Origin: Candidatus Poribacteria bacterium | GTDB lineage: Bacteria; Poribacteria; WGA-4E; WGA-3G | NCBI GenBank assembly: GCA_963663765.2 | Contig: CAXXUA010000006.1 | Location: 457,610-521,609 of the forward strand | Direction of reading: 5' to 3' | Length of the DNA stretch: 64,000 nucleotides | Shown: one piece after another, positions 45,801 through 53,489 of the stretch | Layout: the number at the start of each line of letters is the position of its first letter | How positions within the stretch are numbered: position 1 is the stretch's first letter | Notes under the pieces: model-generated | The model's input: only the letters and a program-made list of their open reading frames with translations | Databases searched by the model: none | Told to the model about the DNA's origin: nothing | Translations under genes and position numbers: made by a program

Positions 45801-46995
45801 GCAGCTGCAAACAAAGGCAGCTCTGGACTATGAAACAAAGTCGTCGTATACGGTCACCGTTTCTGTCTCTGATGGCAATGGTGGCATAGATAGGATCACT
45901 GTCACCATCAACGTCACGAATGTAGCGGAAATAAGGACACCGGTCAATGAACGCACACAGCAGGTGCAAGATAGTATTGTTGATGCGATAGAAGGCGTTG
46001 ATAATGCTGATGATGTAACCATCACACACATCACATCAATTACCTCACTTGATCTGTCTAATGAATTAATTAGATCCATATCAGCCGGTGATTTTGACGA
46101 TCTTACAGCACTGACAACATTGAATCTGAGCAGTAATTCTTTGAGTTCTTTACCGTCGGGTATTTTTGACGATCTCACGGCACTGACAACACTCGACCTC
46201 AGTAGTAATTCTTTGAGTTCATTGCCTTCCGATATATTTGAGAAACTTACAAAATTAACAACACTTGACCTATACGAAAATTCCTTAAGCACATTGCCAT
46301 CAGGTCTCTTTAAAGGACTGACCGCGCTGTCATCACTGTTTATTGAAGATAACACCGTTGATCCGCTACTGATCATGGTATCATTGGAAAAAGTTATTGA
46401 TGGTCAGTTCAAGGCGGTTTGTCCTATTTGCGCACCATTTGATATTGAGGTACCGCTGACTGCCACGAACGGAACTATCAGCGACAATGCAACGAGTGTC
46501 ACTATTTCCACTGGGACGGTGGAGAGTGGGGTGGTCGCTATCACACGCACCGCTGGCACAACTGCTGCTGTCACCGTTGACATTGGCACTTTACCATCAT
46601 TGCCAGCATTACACGACGGGTACACACTTGTTAGAACTTCGTCAGATTTGCCGTTGACGGTAATCGACGCTATCCCCGAATCACCGAGACAGTTTACACC
46701 AGACAAAACCGCACTGCTGGCGAACTATCCCAATCCGTTCAACCCTGAAACGTGGATACCGTTTCAACTTGCTAAGTCTGTTGATGTCACGCTGACGATT
46801 TACGATGTCCGTGGTGTTGTGGTGCGTAAGATGTCGTTAGGGTATAAACTTTCTGGCGTATATACGAACCGTCGTCGTGCTATCCACTGGGATGGTCGAA
46901 ATATGCATGGTGAAAAAGTTGCAGGTGGTGTCTATTTTTATCACTTCAAAGCAGGAAATTATAGTGCTTTGCGTAAGATGTTGATTTTGAAATAG
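36850..46995 (+). CDS. Giant cadherin-repeat/LRR surface protein, paralogue 5 (3381 aa)
   Basis: Signal peptide, 3 short LRR modules, 15 cadherin units, three terminal LRR blocks (about 43070-44130, 44490-45560 and 45940-46365) and the C-terminal tag. Confidence 0.93.
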   Translation: MLFLKLSILTILLCALTILSTAGNISITPVASRTVQVRDAIVNAIPNVNTSADVTTAQLATITSLDLRGKGITALQSGDFSGLTSLTNLNLYNNELSSLPDGIFEGLTALTALRLGKNKVTPLPFTVSLEKVGDGQFKSVVPTGAPFDIVVPITATNGSISSGTTSVTIIKGSTTSTSLTVTRTAGTTAVVSVDIGTLPTLPINHYGYMLSKSDTLPVEVISRLENPPTEETPDTTETDDSPAPNTAPIFVDGTITVRSIAENTAADVDIGTAVGATDVDEDALTYTLRGTDMSSFTIDSSSGQLKTKSALDYETKRIYTVTITASDGNLIATISVIISVIDVAEMALTTTFLTVSNRTPAVRDAIVTAVPGISTAENITVAHLASITSLDLRGKGITVLQSGDFSGLTSLTNLNLYGNMLSRLPIGVFEGLTVLTSLRLGGNLVDPMPLIVSLQRIGIGRFRALIHTGAPFDVVLLINNADTTTITIPKGSVQSPVFTSTSANVSIGALPSLPANHYGYILAKSTACNRTSQVSDGIVAALSDITDCRNVTDVDLASITSLNLSNASITSLEAGDFEGMLLLTTLDLSNNQLTELPDHIFEGLLSLTHLNLSGNAAAPLLIPYSLEKVGSNQFKVVVPTGTPFNIQMPISVTNGSVAGDVNAITLPVGTIQSMPFAVTRTPNTMGAVMVGFGTLPNLPASHSGYALAKSNTLEMSGAINVAPVFTEGTTTIRSIAENTAVGTNIGNTISATDANNDTLTYSLSGSDAAAFDIDKLTGQLKTKTALDYETKNSYSVTITVSDGTLTDTIDVTINITDVDENRAPVFTEGGTTTRTISENTDAGVNIGNPVSATDLDKDTLIYSLVGNAAAFDIVSTTGQLKTKAALDYETRTSYSVSVSVTDGKLTDTIAVTINITDVDETPLKADEVVVLLDEDEDDIVVTTDDDKEETPTPNNAPVFTDGNSTMRSIAENRVSGMDIGSAVSATDADGDTLAYTFGGTDASSFTIDSSSGQLRTGEALDFETKNAYSVTITVSDGNGGSDSISVTINVTDVDEALPNNDPVFTAGDRVSRSVDENTGSGVNIGDPVSATDADDDILSYSLGGTDFSSFTIDSSSGQLRTYASLDYETKSTYSVTISVSDGKGGSDSILVAINITNVDETVPNSAPVFALDSTTRSVAENTAANTNIGAAITATDDDNDSLTYGLNGTDAASFSIDVNTGQLKTKIDLNHETKDSYLVTVSVSDGKGGTDSISVTINVSDVNESPEFTDGATTTRAIAENAGAGANIGIAVSATDPDDGETLTYTLGVTDGAAFDIGNTTGQLKTKAALDYETKNSYSVIMIVSDGTLSDTIMVTINVTNLDETPSNNPPVFTDGNSTIRTVAENTVAGTNIGTPISATDVDNNTLTYLLSGDDASSFGIVSTTGQLQTRASLNHEIKDEYEVMVTVSDGSTTDTIMVTISVTDVNESPVFVNDSITRSVAENTAANTNIGSAITATDPDGNNLTYTLGGTDATSFNIDEDTGQLKTKAALDYETKRVYSVTITAKDEDNLSESINVTINITDVDENRAPVFTEGDSTARSVAENTGSGVNIGTPVSATDADGDTLEYTLSGTDAASFDIDSITGQLRTKAALDYETKDTYSVIITASDSKLSDTITVTINVTNVDENRPPVFLSESTTRSVAENTSSGMDIGSAVSANDPDGDDLTYTLSGTDATSFDIDEDTGQLKTKAALDYETKRSYAVTITAKDEDNLSDSINVTINVTNVDENRAPVFTEGSSTTRSVAENTGSGVNIGTPVSATDDDQDTLTYTLGGTDVDSFDIDTATAQLKTKNALDYEIKSSYSLTITAMDGNSGEDTIDVTINVTDANDPPIFTDGDSTTRSIAENTPRNKIIGDRVVATDVDGDKVTYSLSGTDMNSFGIRPNIGRLVTKASLDFETKSTYEVTVTASDSNGGIDTIDVAIHVIDVNDAPVFTDGDSTTRSVAENTTADTDIGTPVSATDDDQDTLTYILGGTDAASFDIVSTTGQLKTKNALDHETKSSYTITITVDDQNGGEDTINVTVNITDVTESLLEGRTGAVRSAILSKLSGVDADDVTAEHLASITEIVISTQSPKLGDFDGLAGLVRLYIGHNLIRSLPAGIFDDLVNLEYIGLGLNLFETLPGGLFDNNTKLKTILLDIGELRSLPGGLFDNNTELTKIDLHDNKLSSLPTGFFNNNTELVTLDLSRNQIHSLPTGFFDNNTKLENLHLNRNGLHSLPSGIFDKLTKPTSLNLDSNNLESLPAGVFDTLTLLNTLELRDNKLTTLPNNIFDKNTALTHLYLQRNELTSLPSGVFDKLTNLTRLDLNNNELSSFPTGIFDKLTNLTFLKMYDNDFTSLPSSIFDKLINLTRLDLRQNGLTSLPDNIFKGLTELSEVKLESNAVDPLSVTVSLVKVESGKFKTTVHTGAPFDINLPITVVNGSLSGGTTSISISTGSIESNTYTVTRTTGTTGAVTVNIGTLPTIPSDHSGYALVKPTTGLPLIVIDENVVNTKGANIDETPINPPLNGRTQQVQDAIVAAIDGIDSADDVTAEHLAAITSLYLDQNSITSLKSGDFDGLSALSTLTLSGTGLTALPSGIFDNNTALETLNLFNNDLTSLPSGIFDNNTALTSMHLNNNALTSLPSGIFDNNTALNTIRLHLNDLTSLPSGIFDNNTALNTINLSSNGTGLASLPSGIFDNNTALKTINLHDNGLTSLPSGVFDNNTTVTTIYLYDNALTSLPSGIFDNNTALKTIYLAENSLTSLSSDVFDNNTAVTRIELSGNSLTSLPSGVFDNNTAVTTIHLYNNALTSLPSGIFDNNTALKTLYLQINGLTSLPSGIFDNNTTLKTLYLQNNEISDVSELEHLTSLTDLQIGGNLISDYGPLRRLRAANPDIKFDIDIDNNPPVFTDGSSTTRSVSENTTAGQNIGSAVTATDTDTENTLTYTLGGTDASSFDIVSTSGQLQTKAALDYETKSSYTVTVSVSDGNGGIDRITVTINVTNVAEIRTPVNERTQQVQDSIVDAIEGVDNADDVTITHITSITSLDLSNELIRSISAGDFDDLTALTTLNLSSNSLSSLPSGIFDDLTALTTLDLSSNSLSSLPSDIFEKLTKLTTLDLYENSLSTLPSGLFKGLTALSSLFIEDNTVDPLLIMVSLEKVIDGQFKAVCPICAPFDIEVPLTATNGTISDNATSVTISTGTVESGVVAITRTAGTTAAVTVDIGTLPSLPALHDGYTLVRTSSDLPLTVIDAIPESPRQFTPDKTALLANYPNPFNPETWIPFQLAKSVDVTLTIYDVRGVVVRKMSLGYKLSGVYTNRRRAIHWDGRNMHGEKVAGGVYFYHFKAGNYSALRKMLILK
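44685..45480 (+). repeat. 72-bp LRR-coding repeat, 11 copies, with a constant half and a variable half
   Basis: ttgacctcattgccttccggtatttttgacaataacacagcactg (LTSLPSGIFDNNTAL) alternates with a variable segment of about 27 bp. Confidence 0.92.
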
Positions 46996-47003
46996 GCGTG
47001 TCT

Positions 47004-47898
47004 GAATCGCGGATTACACGGAGGTTCGCGGATAAGACCTCTTAGTAGGAGCGACCTCCTGGTCGCGACCGTGTTTATACAATACGCCTGAACAGTCGCG
47101 ACCGGGAGGTCGCTCCTACCGACGGGGGTGTTGTTTGTCTGAACCGGGATTTTCAGGATTTACCTCATTGTAATCAGTCCATCCTGTGAATCCTTGTTCA
47201 GACAGAATCGCGGATTACACGGATTGCGCGGAGGTTCGCGGATAAGACCTCTTGGTAGGTGCGACCTCCTGGTCGCGACCGTGTTTATACAATACGCCTG
47301 AACAGTCGCGACCGGGAGGTCGCTCCTACCGACGGGGGTGTTGTTTGTCTGAACCGGGATTTTCAGGATTTACCTCATTGTAATCAGTCCATCCTGTGAA
47401 TCCTTGTTCAGACAGAATCGCGGATTACACGGATTGCGCGGAGGTTCGCGGATAAGACCTCTTGGTAGGTGCGACCTCCTGGTCGCGACCGTGTTTATAC
47501 AATACGCCTGAACAGTCGCGACCGGGAGGTCGCTCCTACCGACGGGGGTGTTGTTTGTCTGAACCGGGATTTTCAGGATTTACCTCATTGTAATCAGTCC
47601 ATTCTGTGAATCCTTGTTCAGACAGAATCGCGGATTACACGGATTGCGCGGAGGTTCGCGGATAAGACCTCTTGGTAGGAGCGACCTCCTGGTCGCGACC
47701 GTGTTTATACAATACGCCTGAACAGTCGCGACCGGGAGGTCGCTCCTACCGACGGGGGTGTTGTTTGTCTGAACCGGGATTTTCAGGATTTACCTCATTG
47801 TAATCAGTCCATTCTGTGAATCCTTGTTCAGACAGAATCGCGGATTACACGGATTACACGGATTGCGCGGAGGTACGCGGATAAAACCTCTTGGTAGG
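47004..47898. repeat. 210-bp tandem array (4 copies plus a partial) of a REP/MITE mosaic (BIME-like)
   Basis: Units start at 47004, 47205, 47415, 47625 and 47835. Each full unit has a GTAG REP with 25-bp arms, a tgtctgaac...gttcagaca hairpin and 9-bp ggattacac-type subrepeats. Confidence 0.93.
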
Positions 47899-48001
47899 AC
47901 CGACTCGGGGAATGCCATAGGGCGAATACGGTTATGGTATTCGTCATGATTCATACCGTTTATTTCTTGATTATTTGTTTTGGACCTACGCAAGTAATTC
48001 A

Positions 48002-48048
48002 CGAATGTTATAAATATCTGCCAAAAAACCGAAAACTAAATAACCCTG
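48002..48048 (-). mobile_element. Isolated diverged left end of an ISAs1-like element
   Basis: The 47 bp align without gaps to the reverse complement of 20001-20047, and the terminal 17 bp are identical (aaaactaaataaccctg). Confidence 0.75.
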
Positions 48049-48055
48049 ACGTTTT

Positions 48056-51000
48056 CTAAGATTTTGGGAGTGTATATAGTCCTCGTTTGACTCGGACAAT
48101 CTCCCCCTTATCAACAAGCCGAGAAAGTGCATAGTTTATCGCCTGTGGCATTCCATCAAGTGCAGCAACTAACTCGGCTGTTTTTTTCTCACCATCAGCC
48201 AGCAAAGAAAGTATTTCATCTCGGTAAGGGGCACGTAAGATATTCCTACCTCTCATCTTTTGTAGGATACGGTTCGCTTGCCGGACAGAGCATCCCAAAA
48301 TACGCTCCACTTCTTCTCTGCTTGTTTCAGCAGTAATACTTTCTCGTTCAGTTTCAAAACGTTGTCTTGTGCGTATCGTCTCCGCAAACCTATCTATCCC
48401 ACCGGCAATCTCAAAATCTTCCCAGTCAAAAAGTAGGACTTCCGGTCTGTTAGTGATATTCGGTAGTTCTAAACTTGATATTAAAACGATTTTTTTGTCT
48501 GTGAAACGATCTAATCCCGCTTTCCCGATAATCTGTGTGAGTATACTAATTACTTCTTCTTCATAAACACTTTGTACGCGTTCATCTTTGTAGTATCCTG
48601 TTTCTGAATCTCTTTCATGACGCAGCGGATTAACGTCATTTCCAAACAGAATATGTGCTCTTGACCAAACAGCACGCGGTCCGACTTCTGGTGTGCTGAC
48701 GACCCAGATAACATCTGCTGCCCCAAAGACTGCTTCAAATCTTTCTATTTCCTCAAAGTGCGTTACGAAACAAACGTTTTCTTTCTGGGCAGCAGCTCTT
48801 AAGTGTCTGATCAGTGTGCTATGCGTGATAATTGCATGCTTTACACTCGGTACTCTCTCAACTTCTGCAAGAATAGAAAGAAATAAATGTTGTCCAAGTT
48901 TAGACATACCGATATATTGCCAATTCTTGTCAACGTCTAACATCATATTCCGAGGATAGGTGCCTGTTCGTATTTGAAAAAGGTTATTCCCTGGTAACCA
49001 TGTAGCAGGTTTAATACGAATGACTTGTCTTTCCTCGTTTGAAAATGCCTGTGGGAGATGTCTATCTAGGTTGGTAGAAGATATTAACAATAAACGTTTG
49101 ACATCTTGGTGCAGCACGGGTGGCACTCGGAACTTTAGGATTTTGTCATCCCATTCCATCGGCGGATTATTACCCGTAGAATAGTGTGTACAGAAACATT
49201 TGAGTTGATGCCAATACGTCCAATTCGGGTTTTGACAAACGGTCGGGAATCCATTTATGTTTTCAACAGTTTCGGTATCCAAAATGTCTAACTGAATGGC
49301 TCGTGCCATAGACAGCGGTACTCCTTTTCTCGGCACTTTGACTTGACACATCTGTTCAATGATCATTTCTTCCTGCCATTCAAACATCTTGATTACAAGC
49401 CGAATCCTATTGGCAGCCTCTGTCTGGGATTTATATTTGATTTCTAAAGCATTCAATAAGACTTTAGCAAAATCGCCTAAAACATCTCCTTGCCAGTTCA
49501 CAGTCCACTCTTCTATCTGTTTTCTTGAAAGTTCACACTCAGGGAATAATCTAAAGAAACGTATCCCATTTATGATACATAGCCGTTCTGTATTATCCTT
49601 TTGTTTGAGCATTTTTCTGGCAATATCAGCATATTGTGGATTGAATAACAGTTGAGGTATAGCCGTTACTTGTGTCTTTGCATGCTGTAATGTGTGGTAT
49701 TGTGATAAATAGCCGTGAACTTGACATGTTTTATAGACGGGACACTGCGGACAGATACTTTCACTCGCGTTGCCACCCTTTTTTTCAAGACTATCACACC
49801 GTTCAGCATCTTCACACATATTTCCATGTTGGAATGGGTTTGCCATGCGTTCATCAACACGGATGTCTTTCACTTTTTCCCATAGATGCATGCGAGGTTT
49901 CCAGCGAACGACTGACTGTGAACTCTGCTGAATTCGTTGTTCTGCTGCTTCTGCTAATTTGCTACTTGGTAGATTTATGCAAGTTGGGTAATTGGTGAGG
50001 AGATCCAATTCCAATTCAAAGTTTTTTTCTTCATTGTTTTCAGTCACCAGAGCAATAACTCGGTTATTTTGATCAAAAGAATGTTTTAACTTGTCCGCAA
50101 TCTGTTCTGTAGGATTTTCTACTGTATGCGTAAGTTCTGACTTCTTTAGTATCGGTGTTGAGCGTTTTATCGCCAGAGGACTCAGTTTTCCTTCTTGCAC
50201 AGCCAATATCTCACTGCTAATAGGCATCCCCGCATCGGGTATCTGTGGCAGTATGCCAGTATCGTCCCAAACATCTGTGATTGGTGTAGCAGTCGTCGGT
50301 ATGCCAAAACCATCTGTGGATGCACATACCCAAACAATGTGTTCGCTTTCCCACAATGCAACATGTCCATCATCAACATTGTCAAAGTTTTTATTCCAAA
50401 GGTGAGTGTTGTTATCTTTTCGAAAATAAGAAAAACCGCGTTTTAGAAATGCTTGCTTTGCAAGATTAAGCAGATATGAACCAAGATCTAAGGGAGTCAT
50501 ATTAGGTTTAATCTTCGGTTTATCTGTTCCATACGATACCGGTTCGTGAAGCTCAGCACGAAGGGCATTGATAGGTGCAAACAGGACTTCTTCTGCAATA
50601 ACAGGCGGATCTAATAAGTTTCCAAGCAGGATTTCGTGGCGTGCATCCCAGCAACTATATGCCTCTTGCGCTAACATCTCAAGAAAGACAACACGTTGAT
50701 GTGGATCTTCCGATGTCGGTGTACCTTTATGAATATAATATGTTGCCTCAGCGGTATTTGGATGGAGGTAATCCTGCACCCTACAAGAAAAGCGTAAACC
50801 TCCTGATTTTGTTAATGTCAAGAGTGGGTTTTCAACAAAATTAACAAGTGCTTCAACACAGAGATGAACAGCATCTGGGGCAGCACATATTCCCGCGTAA
50901 GTAAATACAATGTCATGCCAGTGTGCCCCGTCTTGTCCGGAGGACGTGCCAGTATAAACGTTAATACCCCACGAGTTATCCCACCTTTCCATCGCCCAAT

Positions 51001-51190
51001 TTGTTATCCCTTGGCGTTGAAAAAAACGGTCTCCGCCAAAGAAACTCGGACCATGGTCATTTTCAGGGGCGCGCCCTATCGGCATAAAGGATATACCAGC
51101 ATCCTCTATATCATCAAGAAGCACAGAATAATTGCGGGCACAATAGACTGTGTGTTGATGCGGATAGCCTCTGTTGTGAACGGCGGGCAT
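48056..51190 (-). CDS. Large putative DNA-replication/processing protein: degenerate prim-pol-like N-terminus, Cys-cluster helicase-like middle, C-terminal winged HTH
   Basis: WGINVYTG...WHDIVF...LTKSGGLRFS resembles prim-pol motifs; CEDAERC...ICPQCPVYKTC; RDEILSLL...TAELVAAL...AINYALSRLVDKGEIVRVKRGLY. The ORF is open to 51289; the ATG at 51190 has an AGGA upstream. Confidence 0.6.
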   Translation of the reverse strand: MPAVHNRGYPHQHTVYCARNYSVLLDDIEDAGISFMPIGRAPENDHGPSFFGGDRFFQRQGITNWAMERWDNSWGINVYTGTSSGQDGAHWHDIVFTYAGICAAPDAVHLCVEALVNFVENPLLTLTKSGGLRFSCRVQDYLHPNTAEATYYIHKGTPTSEDPHQRVVFLEMLAQEAYSCWDARHEILLGNLLDPPVIAEEVLFAPINALRAELHEPVSYGTDKPKIKPNMTPLDLGSYLLNLAKQAFLKRGFSYFRKDNNTHLWNKNFDNVDDGHVALWESEHIVWVCASTDGFGIPTTATPITDVWDDTGILPQIPDAGMPISSEILAVQEGKLSPLAIKRSTPILKKSELTHTVENPTEQIADKLKHSFDQNNRVIALVTENNEEKNFELELDLLTNYPTCINLPSSKLAEAAEQRIQQSSQSVVRWKPRMHLWEKVKDIRVDERMANPFQHGNMCEDAERCDSLEKKGGNASESICPQCPVYKTCQVHGYLSQYHTLQHAKTQVTAIPQLLFNPQYADIARKMLKQKDNTERLCIINGIRFFRLFPECELSRKQIEEWTVNWQGDVLGDFAKVLLNALEIKYKSQTEAANRIRLVIKMFEWQEEMIIEQMCQVKVPRKGVPLSMARAIQLDILDTETVENINGFPTVCQNPNWTYWHQLKCFCTHYSTGNNPPMEWDDKILKFRVPPVLHQDVKRLLLISSTNLDRHLPQAFSNEERQVIRIKPATWLPGNNLFQIRTGTYPRNMMLDVDKNWQYIGMSKLGQHLFLSILAEVERVPSVKHAIITHSTLIRHLRAAAQKENVCFVTHFEEIERFEAVFGAADVIWVVSTPEVGPRAVWSRAHILFGNDVNPLRHERDSETGYYKDERVQSVYEEEVISILTQIIGKAGLDRFTDKKIVLISSLELPNITNRPEVLLFDWEDFEIAGGIDRFAETIRTRQRFETERESITAETSREEVERILGCSVRQANRILQKMRGRNILRAPYRDEILSLLADGEKKTAELVAALDGMPQAINYALSRLVDKGEIVRVKRGLYTLPKS

Positions 51191-51480
51191 TATCTCTGTC
51201 CTACGTTGCCGAAGTGGATTCTTGCGCCGTTCGTGGCAAAGTGATATTAGATTTTTTAAGATATTATTCATAATTCTATAGTAATACAAACTTGCTTTTT
51301 ATTCAAGAAATCATCTTGAATAAAGTTCTAAAACTCTATCCCACCTACGAAACACAAGATTCAATAGAAAATAATTGTTTTATATTTATAAATAGTTGAC
51401 TTAATATGATATTAAAGTAATAATATATTATATTGACATATATTTATTATGACTCACGTCTTACAAGGGAGAGTGGTATT

Positions 51481-51702
51481 TTGTTGAAGAAACAGGTATT
51501 TCTTTTAATGTTACCATGTCTGTTAACACTATTTGGAACATGGAGTTATGCTGACATAACAGCAGTTGTTGATCGCACGGCAATAGTGCGGGATGTGATC
51601 GTCGCAGCAATATCAGATGTAGACACCGCAGCAGACGTAACCGAAGCACATCTTGCTACCATCAGCGCGCTGGACTTACGCAATCAAGGAATAACCGAAC
51701 TA
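51481..51702 (+). pseudogene. Orphan 5' fragment (signal peptide and LRR N-cap) of the giant cadherin/LRR family
   Basis: SYADITAVVDRTAIVRDVIVAAISDVDTAADVTEAHLATISALDLRNQGITEL, then similarity ends abruptly; the DNA closely matches 12481-12530. Confidence 0.85.
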
Positions 51703-51751
51703 ATTTATTCTTCCAGACTTCCATTAATAATTAATATAATGAAAAAATCTA

Positions 51752-52213
51752 ATGAATATAAATTCAATGTTTCAAGTGTTAGTATTTTATTTAATAATAT
51801 TGATGTTATGCATGCCATTTGTTTCTAATGCACAACAAAGCATAAATCTTTCTGCTATAAAAGCGTCAGTCGTATCTGATATTGAAGAACATTTTGAAGG
51901 CATATCTTGGTATATGCAAGCATGCCTTCACAACATTATTCGTGTAAATATGGCAGATACGAACACAATTCCTGTCCCAGCACAAAGTTTTATTGGTAAA
52001 TCACCTGAGTATGTTGGTGTATATACAACAATATACAAACAAGAAAAGACAAAAAATCAACGGGACGCTGCTACAATAGTTGGAATTCTCATCGGTGTAG
52101 GGGCTTGTATAGGTTGCGTTATGTATGTAAGTAACGAATCAGATGATTTGTTTGACGACATTTTTGATTTTGACGCTTGCAGTGGTTGTAACCATTTTGG
52201 ATATGGATTCTGA
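51752..52213 (+). CDS. Hypothetical membrane/secreted protein
   Basis: 153-aa ORF with a signal peptide, a GKSPEYV motif and a C-terminal hydrophobic helix. Confidence 0.65.
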   Translation: MNINSMFQVLVFYLIILMLCMPFVSNAQQSINLSAIKASVVSDIEEHFEGISWYMQACLHNIIRVNMADTNTIPVPAQSFIGKSPEYVGVYTTIYKQEKTKNQRDAATIVGILIGVGACIGCVMYVSNESDDLFDDIFDFDACSGCNHFGYGF

Positions 52214-52239
52214 AACAGCTCCAAAATGGAATATTACTA

Positions 52240-53483
52240 ACGTGAGTTTGATAAATATTTTTAGAAGTTACATATCATTGGTATCTGAAAGTCTTTTTCC
52301 TGTAATTCTTTATGTTTGAGTGATAGTATTTTCTTCAGACAAGTAGAAGTGATCAAGGCAGGAACTGTGTTCACTTGAAAATTTGCTTTGCACAACTTCT
52401 ATGGCGTGTGTGTTCTATCTCTATCTGATATTTTAGGAGTATACCCCTTATGATTTATTGTAGATACTCTTGTAGGCTAACCCTCATCGGCATCTTATGC
52501 ATCGGCTTATTCGCTTGTGGTGAAGATGTCCCAACCGAACCCGAAGTAGAAGTCTTTACAGACAAGTGGGGTGATCCCATAGATATTGGTAAAGAGTATT
52601 CTATTGATGATCCAAAGACCGGCGATATTGTTCACCTTTCAACAGGTGAGACATACAAAGTTGGAGTCCGTCCACGTGGCAAAGAAGTAAGTCATGATAA
52701 TTTAGAAATTGATTATATAGAACCCACAGATGACGGACTACTCATTTATACAAATATATTTGAACCAGTACCCGGTGAAGATAATGCTTATATAGTGATA
52801 AACACTATTGAAAGAGGTATCATCGTCCCCGAAGGTCCACCTATTGTTGGAATTAAAAGGAGCTTCAGACATCCGTATATCACAAAAGAAAATAATGTTT
52901 TAGATTACGTAGACTTTTTTTGTGAGATTGTTATTGATCGAAAACTTGATTACCATCTTCCAATTTACTTAGAGCACCGAGTTCAAGATATTTATGCACT
53001 CGGTGAGCAAGTTTATGTAACCCGTTTCATAGCTATTGTGGAAAAAGGATATACCAGAGCTGAGATTGTCGGTGAAGATTACCTTGCCCTGCTTGTTGGA
53101 GAAGGAGACAAGCACCAGAAATCATCTCTAAGCATACTCCCCTACGCAGAGATGAAGAAGATTAATCTGCCTGCTGCAACAGGTTTTCCTAACACAGGCA
53201 TGGTAGAACCTACAGAAATCAGTAGAATACCCGAAGGACACAAATTCCGTCCATACCGTATCCGTTCATCCTCCTTTTTAATGGGAAAACCTGAAATTGA
53301 AGGAACATGGTAAACCTTAACACAGGCGACATAGAAGTATTGTCAACTTTCAAGTAAATGTGGTTACTGCCCTGATTGCTTATCAACTTTTAGAGCACAA
53401 ACCCTCGGTGAATCTGCGAAAACTTCAGGAAATCAACGATTTACCTATGCTTTTTAACTTCTAAACTATTTTCAAACTCACGT
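52240..53483. mobile_element. Non-autonomous cassette bounded by two inverted IS982-family 3' ends
   Basis: Ends ACGTGAGTTTGA / TCAAACTCACGT; 8-bp direct repeat TATTACTA at 52232-52239 and 53484-53491. Both arms of about 145 bp encode NFQVN.V.ALI transposase C-termini. Confidence 0.78.
52450..53313 (+). CDS. Hypothetical lipoprotein
   Basis: 287-aa ORF with RBS aggag and lipobox LFAC-G. Confidence 0.8.
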   Translation: MIYCRYSCRLTLIGILCIGLFACGEDVPTEPEVEVFTDKWGDPIDIGKEYSIDDPKTGDIVHLSTGETYKVGVRPRGKEVSHDNLEIDYIEPTDDGLLIYTNIFEPVPGEDNAYIVINTIERGIIVPEGPPIVGIKRSFRHPYITKENNVLDYVDFFCEIVIDRKLDYHLPIYLEHRVQDIYALGEQVYVTRFIAIVEKGYTRAEIVGEDYLALLVGEGDKHQKSSLSILPYAEMKKINLPAATGFPNTGMVEPTEISRIPEGHKFRPYRIRSSSFLMGKPEIEGTW

Positions 53484-53489
53484 TATTAC

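Noticed and set aside
217-46706. Numerous 60-220 aa antisense and alternate-frame ORFs over the giant genes
   Set aside because: These are shadow ORFs produced by the repetitive, codon-biased sense strand and have no independent motifs.
2-46995. Diversity-generating retroelement as the source of LRR variation
   Set aside because: No reverse transcriptase and no template/variable repeat pair differing only at adenines was seen in the window; a trans-acting one cannot be excluded.
47004-47898. CRISPR array
   Set aside because: The segments between palindromes are identical rather than unique spacers, the unit is 210 bp, and there are no cas genes in the window.
47790-48002. 70-aa ORF
   Set aside because: Mostly translated repeat DNA (RNPCNPCNPR comes from the 9-bp subrepeats).
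51390-51440. Sigma70 promoter (ttgact/ttgaca)
   Set aside because: The region is very AT-rich and the -10 spacing is unconvincing, so it cannot be called from sequence alone.
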